A stretch of 27,987 bases of DNA from a virus (IMGVR_UViG_3300032125_000016:1-27987); one strand, 5' to 3'; shown: positions 1 to 7,612, numbered from the stretch's first letter. Notes: generated by a model not told the origin, from the sequence alone. Made by a program: numbers and translations.

Positions 1-1
1 A

Positions 2-262
2 TCGTGCCCGACCTGCAAAGCCAACGGAATGATTCAAGGTCTTTTCTACCAAATGCCATGCTACGACTGCAACGCGACTGGCTTGGTCGACAACGAAACA
101 GGCGAGGCTCTGGCGCCCGAGGACATGGTAATTCAGCTGCGTTTGCGCTTGAACCGCCAGCGTGAAGAAAACAACGAACTGCGCCGCCAGCTGCGAGAGC
201 AGGCCAAACAAGACAACGGCCGGGGCTATGGCCCTGGTGGTCAGCGATACCACGGAGATTAA
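2..262 (+). CDS. DnaJ-type zinc-finger / coiled-coil phage protein, 5'-truncated by the window edge
   Basis: Frame is open from base 2 (SCPTCKANG-MIQG...CYDCNATG), giving two CxxCxxxG motifs followed by a coiled-coil-like stretch. The ORF track start at 29 is internal. Confidence 0.7.
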   Translation, partial: SCPTCKANGMIQGLFYQMPCYDCNATGLVDNETGEALAPEDMVIQLRLRLNRQREENNELRRQLREQAKQDNGRGYGPGGQRYHGD

Positions 263-264
263 TT

Positions 265-669
265 GTGCTCACACGAAAGACTCAGTTGCGCAGCAAGGCA
301 CAGCTCAAGGCCAGATCACCGATGAGGCCCGCCATCTCAGGGCGTTCAACGCTCAAATCCAAGGCACCTAAGCGGAGTAAAATCAGACTTAGCGCTAAAG
401 ATGAGCAATGCCTTGTGCGTGTACCAGGTGTATGCAACGGCAATTCCGCGACCGTGGTGCTGGCTCATCTGAACGGCGCCGGCGTCGGCATGAAAAGCCC
501 CGACTGGCAAGCGGCTTACGCCTGCAGCGCCTGCCACGAATTTCTGGACGGTGGTTATGCAGACAGTGGAATTTGGCGTGAACAGCGCGACCTACTCCAC
601 CTGCAGGGTGTGATCCGGACACAGGAACGACTGATTGATAAAGGCTTCATTCAAATCCAGGGGCAATAG
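265..669 (+). CDS. DUF1364 (YbcO-like) putative nuclease
   Basis: CLVRVPGVCNGNSATVVLAH...G.GMK..D..AAYACSACH motif typical of DUF1364; usual lambdoid position upstream of Q. Confidence 0.85.
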   Translation: MLTRKTQLRSKAQLKARSPMRPAISGRSTLKSKAPKRSKIRLSAKDEQCLVRVPGVCNGNSATVVLAHLNGAGVGMKSPDWQAAYACSACHEFLDGGYADSGIWREQRDLLHLQGVIRTQERLIDKGFIQIQGQ

Positions 670-675
670 ACCGCT

Positions 676-1098
676 ATGAGCAAAAACACCGAGCAATGTG
701 ATGTCGCCCATTTTAATTGCGGACACGATCTTCGTCTGAGGCCCGGGGCACCTTTTGAGCTCGATTGCAAAGTACCGAACTGCCTGGGCGAGTACGCCAC
801 CTTAGATTTTTGCGGCGTCAAATACGACGACGACAAGCCCATGATGGACCTCATCCCGCCCCATATGGAACTGGAAGTGGCCCGGGTGCTTACCGTTGGC
901 GCCAAAAAGTACAGCCCCGACAATTGGCGCAAAGTGCCAGATATGCGCCGCCGGTACCTCGCAGCAGCCAAGCGCCACATCAATGCGCTGCAGCAAGACA
1001 TTATGTGTGACGATGAAACTGGCCTCCATCACGCCGCGCACGCTGTGTGCTGCCTGATGTTCCTGGGTGAAGTGGAGCTGGAAGTTAACACTGACTGA
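676..1098 (+). CDS. DUF5664 / dATP-dGTP diphosphohydrolase N-terminal domain protein
   Basis: GVKYDDDKP.MDLIPP...ARVLT.GAKKY..DNWRK...RY.AAA.RH...D.ETGLHHAAHA.CCLMFL family signature. Confidence 0.85.
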   Translation: MSKNTEQCDVAHFNCGHDLRLRPGAPFELDCKVPNCLGEYATLDFCGVKYDDDKPMMDLIPPHMELEVARVLTVGAKKYSPDNWRKVPDMRRRYLAAAKRHINALQQDIMCDDETGLHHAAHAVCCLMFLGEVELEVNTD

Positions 1099-1139
1099 TC
1101 GTCCCAACGTGAACCAGGTACACCAAACGCGGAGTTGAT

Positions 1140-1652
1140 ATGGCGGAGCAAAATCGCAGAACGGCACAGCAGACCCGGGCGCGGGAATTGGCACAGCGAG
1201 AGGTCGACCGGTACATTGCTTACGTTCTCCGCGAAGATACTATTGACCAAATATCACGCGAGAGCCGCAGCATCATGGGCGCGTGGTCTGACTTCGAAGG
1301 CCGACCACCCTCTGGCTCTGGCTTCAGTGAGATTTGCCCGCTGGCGGATAAAGTGGACAAGATTAATCGACAGAAAATGCCGCCGGAATTCATTCTGGCC
1401 TATGAACGAATTCAGGCCATGGCTGAAAGATCACCACTCCGGGTAACCGCTCTATGCGTTGACCGTGCGTATCGCAACCGCATCAAGGTCGCCATAGACC
1501 CGTTCACAGAGCAGCGCCTCGAAATTCATTGGAATGATTCAGCCTGCGCAGAGTTGCTGAAATGCACTGTCAAAGTTTTTCAGCGCCGTGTTAGCAAGGG
1601 TTATTCTCAGCTGGAGTGCATCTTGGGCTTTCGGGTGTCCGAAGCCGCTTAA
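1140..1652 (+). CDS. putative late-gene antiterminator (Q-like)
   Basis: GGAG RBS; C-terminal HTH-like segment (DSACAELLKCTVKVFQRRVSKGYSQLECIL); sits directly upstream of a sigma70 promoter, terminator and lysis genes. Mostly positional. Confidence 0.6.
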   Translation: MAEQNRRTAQQTRARELAQREVDRYIAYVLREDTIDQISRESRSIMGAWSDFEGRPPSGSGFSEICPLADKVDKINRQKMPPEFILAYERIQAMAERSPLRVTALCVDRAYRNRIKVAIDPFTEQRLEIHWNDSACAELLKCTVKVFQRRVSKGYSQLECILGFRVSEAA

Positions 1653-1662
1653 GCACTAGATG

Positions 1663-1690
1663 TTGACACCAAGGGTCCAGCAGGTACACT
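1663..1690 (+). promoter_or_regulatory. late promoter (pR'-like), sigma70 type
   Basis: TTGACA (1663-1668), 16-nt spacer, TACACT (1685-1690), just after the Q-like gene. Confidence 0.7.
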
Positions 1691-1718
1691 ATGTTGTAAC
1701 TGGTAAAAACTACCAACG

Positions 1719-1751
1719 AAAACCGCCCTCACCCGAGCTGGCGGTTTTTTT
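1719..1751 (+). terminator. intrinsic terminator (tR'-like) ahead of the lysis genes
   Basis: AAAACCGCC (1719-1727) pairs with GGCGGTTTT (1740-1748), inner CTC/GAG pairing, then a T run. A small TGGTA/TACCA hairpin lies at 1701-1715. Confidence 0.8.
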
Positions 1752-1788
1752 GTGCCCAAATTAAAGCATCGTTCTTCCGGAGCTCGTC

Positions 1789-2334
1789 ATGGTTCGACTC
1801 AATCAAATCATTGATGAGCTGATCGAGCGGGAGGGCGCTTTTGTCGATCACCCTAACGATAAGGGTGGACCGACGATGTACGGCATCACCGAGAAGGTGG
1901 CCCGGCTGCACGGCTTCGACGGCCCTATGCGGCACATGCCCAGAACGCTGGCGGTCTCAATCTACAAAGACCAATACTGGTCCGTCCCGAACTTTGACCG
2001 CGTTGCTATGATCGACCAAGCCATAGCCGAAGAGCTGCTGGATACCGGTGTGAACATGGGCATTGCTTGGCCCGGCATATTCCTTCAGCGCAGCCTGAAC
2101 GCACTGAACAATCAAGGCACGCACTACAGCGACATCATTGTTGATGGCTTGGTTGGCAATTCAACGCTGGCGGCATTGAAAGACTTCCTGGACAAGCGCC
2201 AGCGCCTAGGCCAAGCGGTGCTACTTAAAGCGCTGAACGGCTTGCAAGGCACCCGCTACATCGAATTATCAGAAAGCCGTGAGCGCAATGAGTCGTTCGT
2301 GTTCGGCTGGTTTGATCACCGCGTTAACTTTTAG
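1789..2334 (+). CDS. endolysin, glycoside hydrolase family 108 with C-terminal peptidoglycan-binding domain
   Basis: EG.FVDHPNDKGGPTMYGIT catalytic motif; DTGVNMG, LQRSLN...VDG.VG..TL and F.FGW..HRV motifs. Confidence 0.92.
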   Translation: MVRLNQIIDELIEREGAFVDHPNDKGGPTMYGITEKVARLHGFDGPMRHMPRTLAVSIYKDQYWSVPNFDRVAMIDQAIAEELLDTGVNMGIAWPGIFLQRSLNALNNQGTHYSDIIVDGLVGNSTLAALKDFLDKRQRLGQAVLLKALNGLQGTRYIELSESRERNESFVFGWFDHRVNF

Positions 2335-2336
2335 CT

Positions 2337-2720
2337 GTGAACCCACCAAACCGAGACTTTGGAATGCCATTTGGATCGCTTGACCTGACAAACAGCGCCG
2401 GATTCTGGACGTTCCTGGGCTCCGTCATAACCGTTATCTGCCTGACATTTGTGCGGTTGCTGATGATTCTTCTGATTGGCAAAACAAACCGAGACACCAG
2501 CCTTTCAGGCAGGGAAGACAAGTTTTTCAGCCACCAGGCTGATGAAATATCACGCCTGAGCGCGATGGTTGCCGGTCTTGATGCCGCGCTGAAGAACCAA
2601 GCCGAATTTAACAGGCTGGAAATGCAGCGTGAGCGCGATGACTGCAACGCAAAAATGCTGGGCCTGAAAGGTGAAATTGAAATTTTGAAGCAGCGAATCA
2701 CTAACGAAGAACAGAGATAA
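2337..2720 (+). CDS. single-TM, coiled-coil lysis-cassette protein (holin/antiholin or i-spanin candidate); alternative ATG at 2364
   Basis: Hydrophobic FWTFLGSVITVICLTFVRLLMILLIG segment, then a heptad-rich C-terminus; directly follows the endolysin. Confidence 0.55.
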   Translation: MNPPNRDFGMPFGSLDLTNSAGFWTFLGSVITVICLTFVRLLMILLIGKTNRDTSLSGREDKFFSHQADEISRLSAMVAGLDAALKNQAEFNRLEMQRERDDCNAKMLGLKGEIEILKQRITNEEQR

Positions 2721-2736
2721 GCCAAAGGGAATCACC

Positions 2737-3168
2737 ATGAAAATCATTAAATCCGCTTTGATAGCGTTAATAGTGCTGGCAATGACGGCGTGCTCAACGC
2801 TTGAGCGTATCGAGTCCAGTTCAATTTCCTCACAACTCATCACCAGCCAAATTACTCTGCGCTTTATTGCCGGATCGGATGACCCCGTTGAGCGTGCCGC
2901 TAGGGTGCGCGATGTCGTGGGAAAAGTGCGCGGCGAAGTTTCTGCTGAAAAGGTCTTTACGCTGGCGGATCTTGATGAAGCTGTACGGGCTGAAATCGAC
3001 TGGCAAGCGCTGAGTGCAGCGGACCAGGAGCTGCTGAACTTCGGGCTGACCAAAGCCAGCGCTGCGATTGCCGAGCTAGTTGGCGATGGCGTGATTGACC
3101 CTGCCGGCCAGGTAACTGTGGCCACCCTGCTGACCTGGATAGATCAAGCAGCGCAGCGGGTCCGGTAA
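2737..3168 (+). CDS. lipoprotein (possible o-spanin or lysis accessory)
   Basis: MKIIK, hydrophobic core and lipobox-like MTA-C; helical mature part. Confidence 0.65.
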   Translation: MKIIKSALIALIVLAMTACSTLERIESSSISSQLITSQITLRFIAGSDDPVERAARVRDVVGKVRGEVSAEKVFTLADLDEAVRAEIDWQALSAADQELLNFGLTKASAAIAELVGDGVIDPAGQVTVATLLTWIDQAAQRVR

Positions 3169-3560
3169 TGGAGAAACGCCCGTTTCGCCTAAAGGCTCAG
3201 CCCCGGTTCTCTGAACTGCGCTTTGAGTATGTGTCTTCCGGTCAGTGGACACTGACCAAACCGTTCATGTATTTCGGGGACAACATTAACGTGGTAGTTC
3301 CGTCAGGCTTCACAACTGACTTCGACAGCGTTCCCCGGATCCCATTGCTGTACGCCGCTTTCAAGGGCTACACCACCCAAGCCGCAATCACCCACGATTA
3401 TTTATACCGCTCGCAAGCCGGAAAATCTCAGGCCGACAGCACGTTTTTGGCTGCGATGAAGCACGAAGGCTTACCCCTGCGCCGCCGCATGCCGATTTAC
3501 TGGGGCGTGGCTCTGTTTGGCGGCCCTACATACAAGCGACTCGGAAGGAAAGCCCTATGA
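3168..3560 (+). CDS. DUF1353 family protein
   Basis: VPSGFTTDFDSVPR...AAITHDYLY...AD..FL.AM...G....RR...YWGV..FG signature. Confidence 0.85.
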   Translation: MEKRPFRLKAQPRFSELRFEYVSSGQWTLTKPFMYFGDNINVVVPSGFTTDFDSVPRIPLLYAAFKGYTTQAAITHDYLYRSQAGKSQADSTFLAAMKHEGLPLRRRMPIYWGVALFGGPTYKRLGRKAL

Positions 3561-3745
3561 CCACCATGCAAAGCACTAAAAAGGTCGCAAAAAACAGCGG
3601 TGAACTCGGCGGCGCAGCTATAGCCATCATTCTGTCAAAAGTGGCAAACGCTTACGGCATCCCGATCGGCGAGACAGAGGCGATTGTTCTCGGCGGATTT
3701 CTAGTCGGCATCGGCTCCAGCATTCGGCACCTAATCAAAGACTGA
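3557..3745 (+). CDS. small two-TM membrane protein, holin candidate
   Basis: 62 aa, basic N-terminus, two hydrophobic segments, charged C-terminus; ATGA overlap with the upstream gene. Confidence 0.55.
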   Translation: MTTMQSTKKVAKNSGELGGAAIAIILSKVANAYGIPIGETEAIVLGGFLVGIGSSIRHLIKD

Positions 3746-3755
3746 GGCGCACACC

Positions 3756-4193
3756 ATGAGATTTGCAGCTTTTTTAATTGTTGGCCTGATGGTCACATTG
3801 GCAGCCCACGCAGACCCATCGCCATCCGAGCTGAGCTGGGTAGCCCCCGATACCCGCGAAGACGGTAGTCCCCTGTCCCCCGATGAGATCAAAGAGTACC
3901 GGGTGTATTACACCGTGGACGGGCAAACGCCGGGTGATAATTATCCCGTTGTCGTGAGTGGCACGGCCCAGAGCGAAACAGTGACGTTGGAGCTGATGCC
4001 CCGAGCCGCGCCCTATGTTGTGGGGTTTGCTATTACCACCGTAGATACCGATGGGGTTGAGTCTGTGCGCTCGGATGTAGTCAGCAAGACCTTCAACGTG
4101 GATAGCACCGCGAAACCTTCTGCACCGACTAACATTCAGTTTACGATTATCTGTGGTGCAGGCTGCACGATCACTGAAAAAGTAGGGCAGTGA
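3756..4193 (+). CDS. secreted fibronectin type III-like protein
   Basis: Sec signal peptide ending AHA; LSWVAPDTREDGSPL...YRVYY...FAITTVDTDGVES..S FN3 pattern; C-terminal PSAPTNI and CGAGC. Confidence 0.75.
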   Translation: MRFAAFLIVGLMVTLAAHADPSPSELSWVAPDTREDGSPLSPDEIKEYRVYYTVDGQTPGDNYPVVVSGTAQSETVTLELMPRAAPYVVGFAITTVDTDGVESVRSDVVSKTFNVDSTAKPSAPTNIQFTIICGAGCTITEKVGQ

Positions 4194-4492
4194 CATTGGT
4201 CAAATACTATCTTGTGCCAGTCATTGAAGACCCAGAGCTGGGCGGCAAGATTCCAGACACCGCCGCGACATCGTGGACGGCTCGCTATCTGTCCGACACG
4301 GTTTGTCTGATTCGTGATCCAGACGGTTCACAGAATTACCCGACGTTGCTGGACAGCACACCTGTCGGAACTTTGCCGCTGGAAGTTCAACCGACAATGA
4401 CACCCGACGAGATAGATATTGTGTATGTCAAGTGGGGCATAGAGCCTATGTCGTTGTGGAGTATGTTGGATGACCGAGTGGGGGGCGTCTAA
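4190..4492 (+). CDS. hypothetical protein of the accessory module
   Basis: GTGA overlap upstream and TAATG overlap downstream; no family recognised. Confidence 0.6.
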   Translation: MTLVKYYLVPVIEDPELGGKIPDTAATSWTARYLSDTVCLIRDPDGSQNYPTLLDSTPVGTLPLEVQPTMTPDEIDIVYVKWGIEPMSLWSMLDDRVGGV

Positions 4493-5226
4493 TGGCTCAG
4501 TATTTTACTGATTTTAGTGAGTACACCATTGGCGAGGTTCCGGCAGACTGGACCGTAGAGTGGGGTAGTGTTGCCAGAACTATTGTTTCTGGAAACCCAG
4601 AGTCAAGCTCTACTCAGTCTTTGCTTGTAGGGCACACTGGATCTGCATTTTCGAGAAACGCAATTTCTTGGTCGGATGTGCCAGACGCTGCGGCAGTGTC
4701 AGTTTTTTGTAGGCTTAATTCTGATTTTAAGTCTAGCGGGACTGATAACGGAATAGTAAGCCCTGTTATTTGTGGGAGAGGTTCGCAGTCAACGAGATCA
4801 GGCTACTACGCTTTTTTAAGAGGCAGCAGTTCTATTGATCTAAAGCGGGCAAGTAATGGATCTGTTTCAACTGTCGCATCAACCACAACAATTATTCCCG
4901 ACCTTCTAAATGTCGATTTAAGTGTTGAGTTATCAGTAAGCGTAGCCGGCCAAGTTGAGCTATACGTGTGGCTTAGTTCAGACGCCAAGCCGGCTTCGGC
5001 TACCTTGGCTTATACAGATCCCTCTCCTCTTGCCGCCGGTTGGCCAGGGTTCCTAGACCTTTCTGATTCGGCCTATAATGGCTCAGAGCTGTATTTCTAC
5101 GGAGTAGGCACTGACGGCGATTCAGCCCTGACCGCACCGATACCAACCGGCCCAGCTACCCCCACCAACCTCGGCGCTACTAACATCCTCACTACTTCCG
5201 CCCGGCTTACTTGGGAGCAAGGATAA
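4492..5226 (+). CDS. beta-rich (lectin/ConA-like?) protein ending in FN3 strands A-B
   Basis: Ser/Thr/aromatic-rich beta-strand pattern; last 24 aa are PATPTNLGATNILTTSARLTWEQG. The fold of the main domain is a guess. Confidence 0.65.
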   Translation: MAQYFTDFSEYTIGEVPADWTVEWGSVARTIVSGNPESSSTQSLLVGHTGSAFSRNAISWSDVPDAAAVSVFCRLNSDFKSSGTDNGIVSPVICGRGSQSTRSGYYAFLRGSSSIDLKRASNGSVSTVASTTTIIPDLLNVDLSVELSVSVAGQVELYVWLSSDAKPASATLAYTDPSPLAAGWPGFLDLSDSAYNGSELYFYGVGTDGDSALTAPIPTGPATPTNLGATNILTTSARLTWEQG

Positions 5227-7298
5227 TGGCGATAGACGTACCGCAGGCTGATAAAGACGCGCTGGTTGCCTTTTATAACGCAACGGGTGGTCCCAGCTGG
5301 ACGACTAATACAAACTGGCTAGTCACAGAAGGTGTGGGTGACTGGTACGGGGTGACCGTCAGTGGTGGGCGCGTTACTGCACTAGACTTAAATAGCAATA
5401 ACGTGGTCGGGGCGGCGGGCAGCAGTTTGTCGGCCCTCACCGCGCTCACAACTCTGTATTGCTACACCAACTCGCTCACAACACTGGACGTATCCGCGCT
5501 TACGTCGCTGACATCTCTGGAGTGCGGGCTCAACGCAATTACGTCGTTGGATGTTTCAGCGCTTACCTCGTTGACATCCCTGTGGTGCTACAACAACGCA
5601 ATGACAACGCTGAATGTGTCAGGCGCTACCTCGCTGGGCACTTTGGACTGTGCAAGCAACTCAATTACCGTTCTGGACGTTTCAGCGCTCACCTCCCTGA
5701 CGTATCTAAGTTGCTACAGCAACTCGATTACCACGCTGAACGTGACCGCTCTCACATTGCTGACCAGCCTGTCTTGCTACGACAACGCAATTACAACTCT
5801 TGATGTATCAGCTCTCACCTCGATGGCCTATCTGTACTGCTACACCAACTCGATCACAACACTAGATGTATCTGGCCTTACCTCGATGGAGGTACTGCGT
5901 TGCCAATTCAACTCGATTACCACGCTGGATGTGTCGAGTCTTACGCTGCTAGAGGCGTTGTACTGCCAAAACAACTCAATTGCGACATTGAATGTGTCCG
6001 CCCTCACGTTGCTGACTGGACTGTACTGCCACGACAACGCAATGTCGTCAGGTGCCATAGACAATATACTAGGTGGGGTAGATTCAGCCGGATCGTTTAA
6101 CGGGACGCTTCAAGCCGACGGCACAAACGCAGCTCCCTCAGCGACAGGTCTAGGCTATAAAGACGCCCTAGTCGCAAAAGGCTGGGCAGTGACAGCGAGC
6201 GAGGCGATTCCACCGTCATACACACTCGAATGGCGGCTCGTTGCTGGTCCGGGGGCGACGACTACTGTAACTGGCATCACCGACCCGTTCTATGATCTGG
6301 CAGGACTGACTCAGGCAACCCAGTATGAGTCCAGGGTACTAGAGACTGATGGAACCACACCTTCTGCGTTCTCGGCGTGGTACTCGTTTACCACTGCATC
6401 AGCGGGCGCAACAGTAGAGCCAGCAGCCGCAACCATAACCGTTACAAGTCAAGGCCCATCAATAGCGACCGGCGCATCGGTAACAACGACAACAGCCGCG
6501 GTTACGGTTCAGGCGCTTAACCCCTCGGTTGCGGCAGGCGCATCGGTACAGCCAGTAACAGCAACAGTCACCACGACTGCTTTAGACCCCGTTATAACGT
6601 CAGGAGCATCGGTCAGTCCGACACCTGCAACGGTTACAGTCTCAGCCCAAACCCCTTCAGTTAAAGCGGGCGCATCTGTAAACCCGATAACTGCTGTTGT
6701 CACAACCACTGCATTAACCCCGTCGGTCGGCACAACAACAGAGATCCAGCCAACAACCGCTGTCATTTCAGTGCAAGCGCTGTCGCCGGTAGTAAGTGCC
6801 GGCGCTAGTGTATATCCGGCTCTGGCAGGCATAACAGTATCAGCGCCAGATCCACAAGTAAGCGCGGACACTACGACAGAGATCAAGCCAGCTACGGCAC
6901 AGATAACGTTAACTGCGCCTGACCCGAAAGTCAGTACCGGTGCGTCAGTTACGGCTACGACTGCCACCATTACCGTTGCAGCGCCAAGCCCATTTGTGGG
7001 TGTCAGCACGATCATACGACCCACTACTGCGAGCATTTCAGCAGCGGCCAATGATCCTGTTGTTTCGTCTGGCGCTTCTGCCAGCCCTACAACGGCAACA
7101 ATCAGCGTTCTTGCGCCAAACCCAAAGGTCACGGCGGGCGCAAGAGTAAGACCGACTACGGCCACAGCTTCAGTGATAGCGCTAACCCCGACGGTTATTG
7201 CCGGTGTGATCGAGTATCGCCGGCAAGTGGATATCACTGGAATCTATCAGACCGCAGTGGACATTGAAGGGATTTATGTTAGGAGGGTGTCAGTTTGA
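5226..7298 (+). CDS. LRR + partial FN3 + 22-aa repeat stalk protein (putative virion fibre/adhesin)
   Basis: ATG at 5226 overlaps the upstream TAA and has a GGAG/AGGA RBS (preferred to TTG at 5211). LRRNT-like cap (DKDALVAFYNATGG..W....NW......WYGV), about 10 LRRs, FN3 strands C-G, 12 Thr/Ala/Val/Pro repeats. Confidence 0.85.
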   Translation: MAIDVPQADKDALVAFYNATGGPSWTTNTNWLVTEGVGDWYGVTVSGGRVTALDLNSNNVVGAAGSSLSALTALTTLYCYTNSLTTLDVSALTSLTSLECGLNAITSLDVSALTSLTSLWCYNNAMTTLNVSGATSLGTLDCASNSITVLDVSALTSLTYLSCYSNSITTLNVTALTLLTSLSCYDNAITTLDVSALTSMAYLYCYTNSITTLDVSGLTSMEVLRCQFNSITTLDVSSLTLLEALYCQNNSIATLNVSALTLLTGLYCHDNAMSSGAIDNILGGVDSAGSFNGTLQADGTNAAPSATGLGYKDALVAKGWAVTASEAIPPSYTLEWRLVAGPGATTTVTGITDPFYDLAGLTQATQYESRVLETDGTTPSAFSAWYSFTTASAGATVEPAAATITVTSQGPSIATGASVTTTTAAVTVQALNPSVAAGASVQPVTATVTTTALDPVITSGASVSPTPATVTVSAQTPSVKAGASVNPITAVVTTTALTPSVGTTTEIQPTTAVISVQALSPVVSAGASVYPALAGITVSAPDPQVSADTTTEIKPATAQITLTAPDPKVSTGASVTATTATITVAAPSPFVGVSTIIRPTTASISAAANDPVVSSGASASPTTATISVLAPNPKVTAGARVRPTTATASVIALTPTVIAGVIEYRRQVDITGIYQTAVDIEGIYVRRVSV
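5445..6047 (+). repeat. 63-nt (21-aa) leucine-rich repeat array, 9 full units plus 1 partial
   Basis: Units start at 5445, 5508, 5571, 5634, 5697, 5760, 5823, 5886, 5949, 6012; consensus LTxLxCxxNSITTLDVSALTS. Confidence 0.92.
6405..7202 (+). repeat. 12 degenerate 66-nt (22-aa) repeats
   Basis: Consensus GASVxPTTATITVxAxxPxVxx; eleven 22-aa units plus one 24-aa unit account exactly for 798 nt. Confidence 0.88.
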
Positions 7299-7612
7299 TA
7301 GCGCCAGAGTTTAGCGATTTCCAGATATTGCGAGGCCAGGCGCTGGATATAAATATATCGGTTCCGGGCGAGGCAGATTTATCGGCAGCCATTGTTACCT
7401 TCGGTCTGTCTGGGTCATACAGCTCCACATATATCAAAACCCTAGAAACCAGCAAGTCTGCGCAAGTTATTACTGCATATCTCGACAGCGAAACAAGTAA
7501 GGGTTTAACAGAAGACCGGTATTACTACAGCTGCTGGATTGAAATATTAGGCGACTACACTCCTGTGGCGCGTGGCTACATAACAGTTAAAGACGATTCG
7601 AGGACTCAATAA
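7295..7612 (+). CDS. small Ig-like / BppU-N-like adaptor protein
   Basis: TTG start overlapping TGA, AGGAGG RBS; RG....I.I.....DLS.A...F...YL....S..L....YYY...I......VARG.ITV pattern seen in virion adaptor domains. Confidence 0.55.
   Translation: MIAPEFSDFQILRGQALDINISVPGEADLSAAIVTFGLSGSYSSTYIKTLETSKSAQVITAYLDSETSKGLTEDRYYYSCWIEILGDYTPVARGYITVKDDSRTQ

Noticed and set aside
5211-5228. Frameshift fusing ORF 4492 to the LRR protein to restore the FN3
   Set aside because: No slippery heptamer before the TAA, a good RBS precedes ATG 5226, and 325 codons of LRR would still separate the FN3 halves.
5445-6047. CRISPR array or DGR template/variable repeat
   Set aside because: Repeats are in-frame 63-nt coding units without unique spacers; differences are not adenine-restricted; no cas or RT gene in the window.
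6509-7237. 242-aa minus-strand ORF
   Set aside because: Antisense shadow of the Thr/Ala/Val/Pro repeat region.
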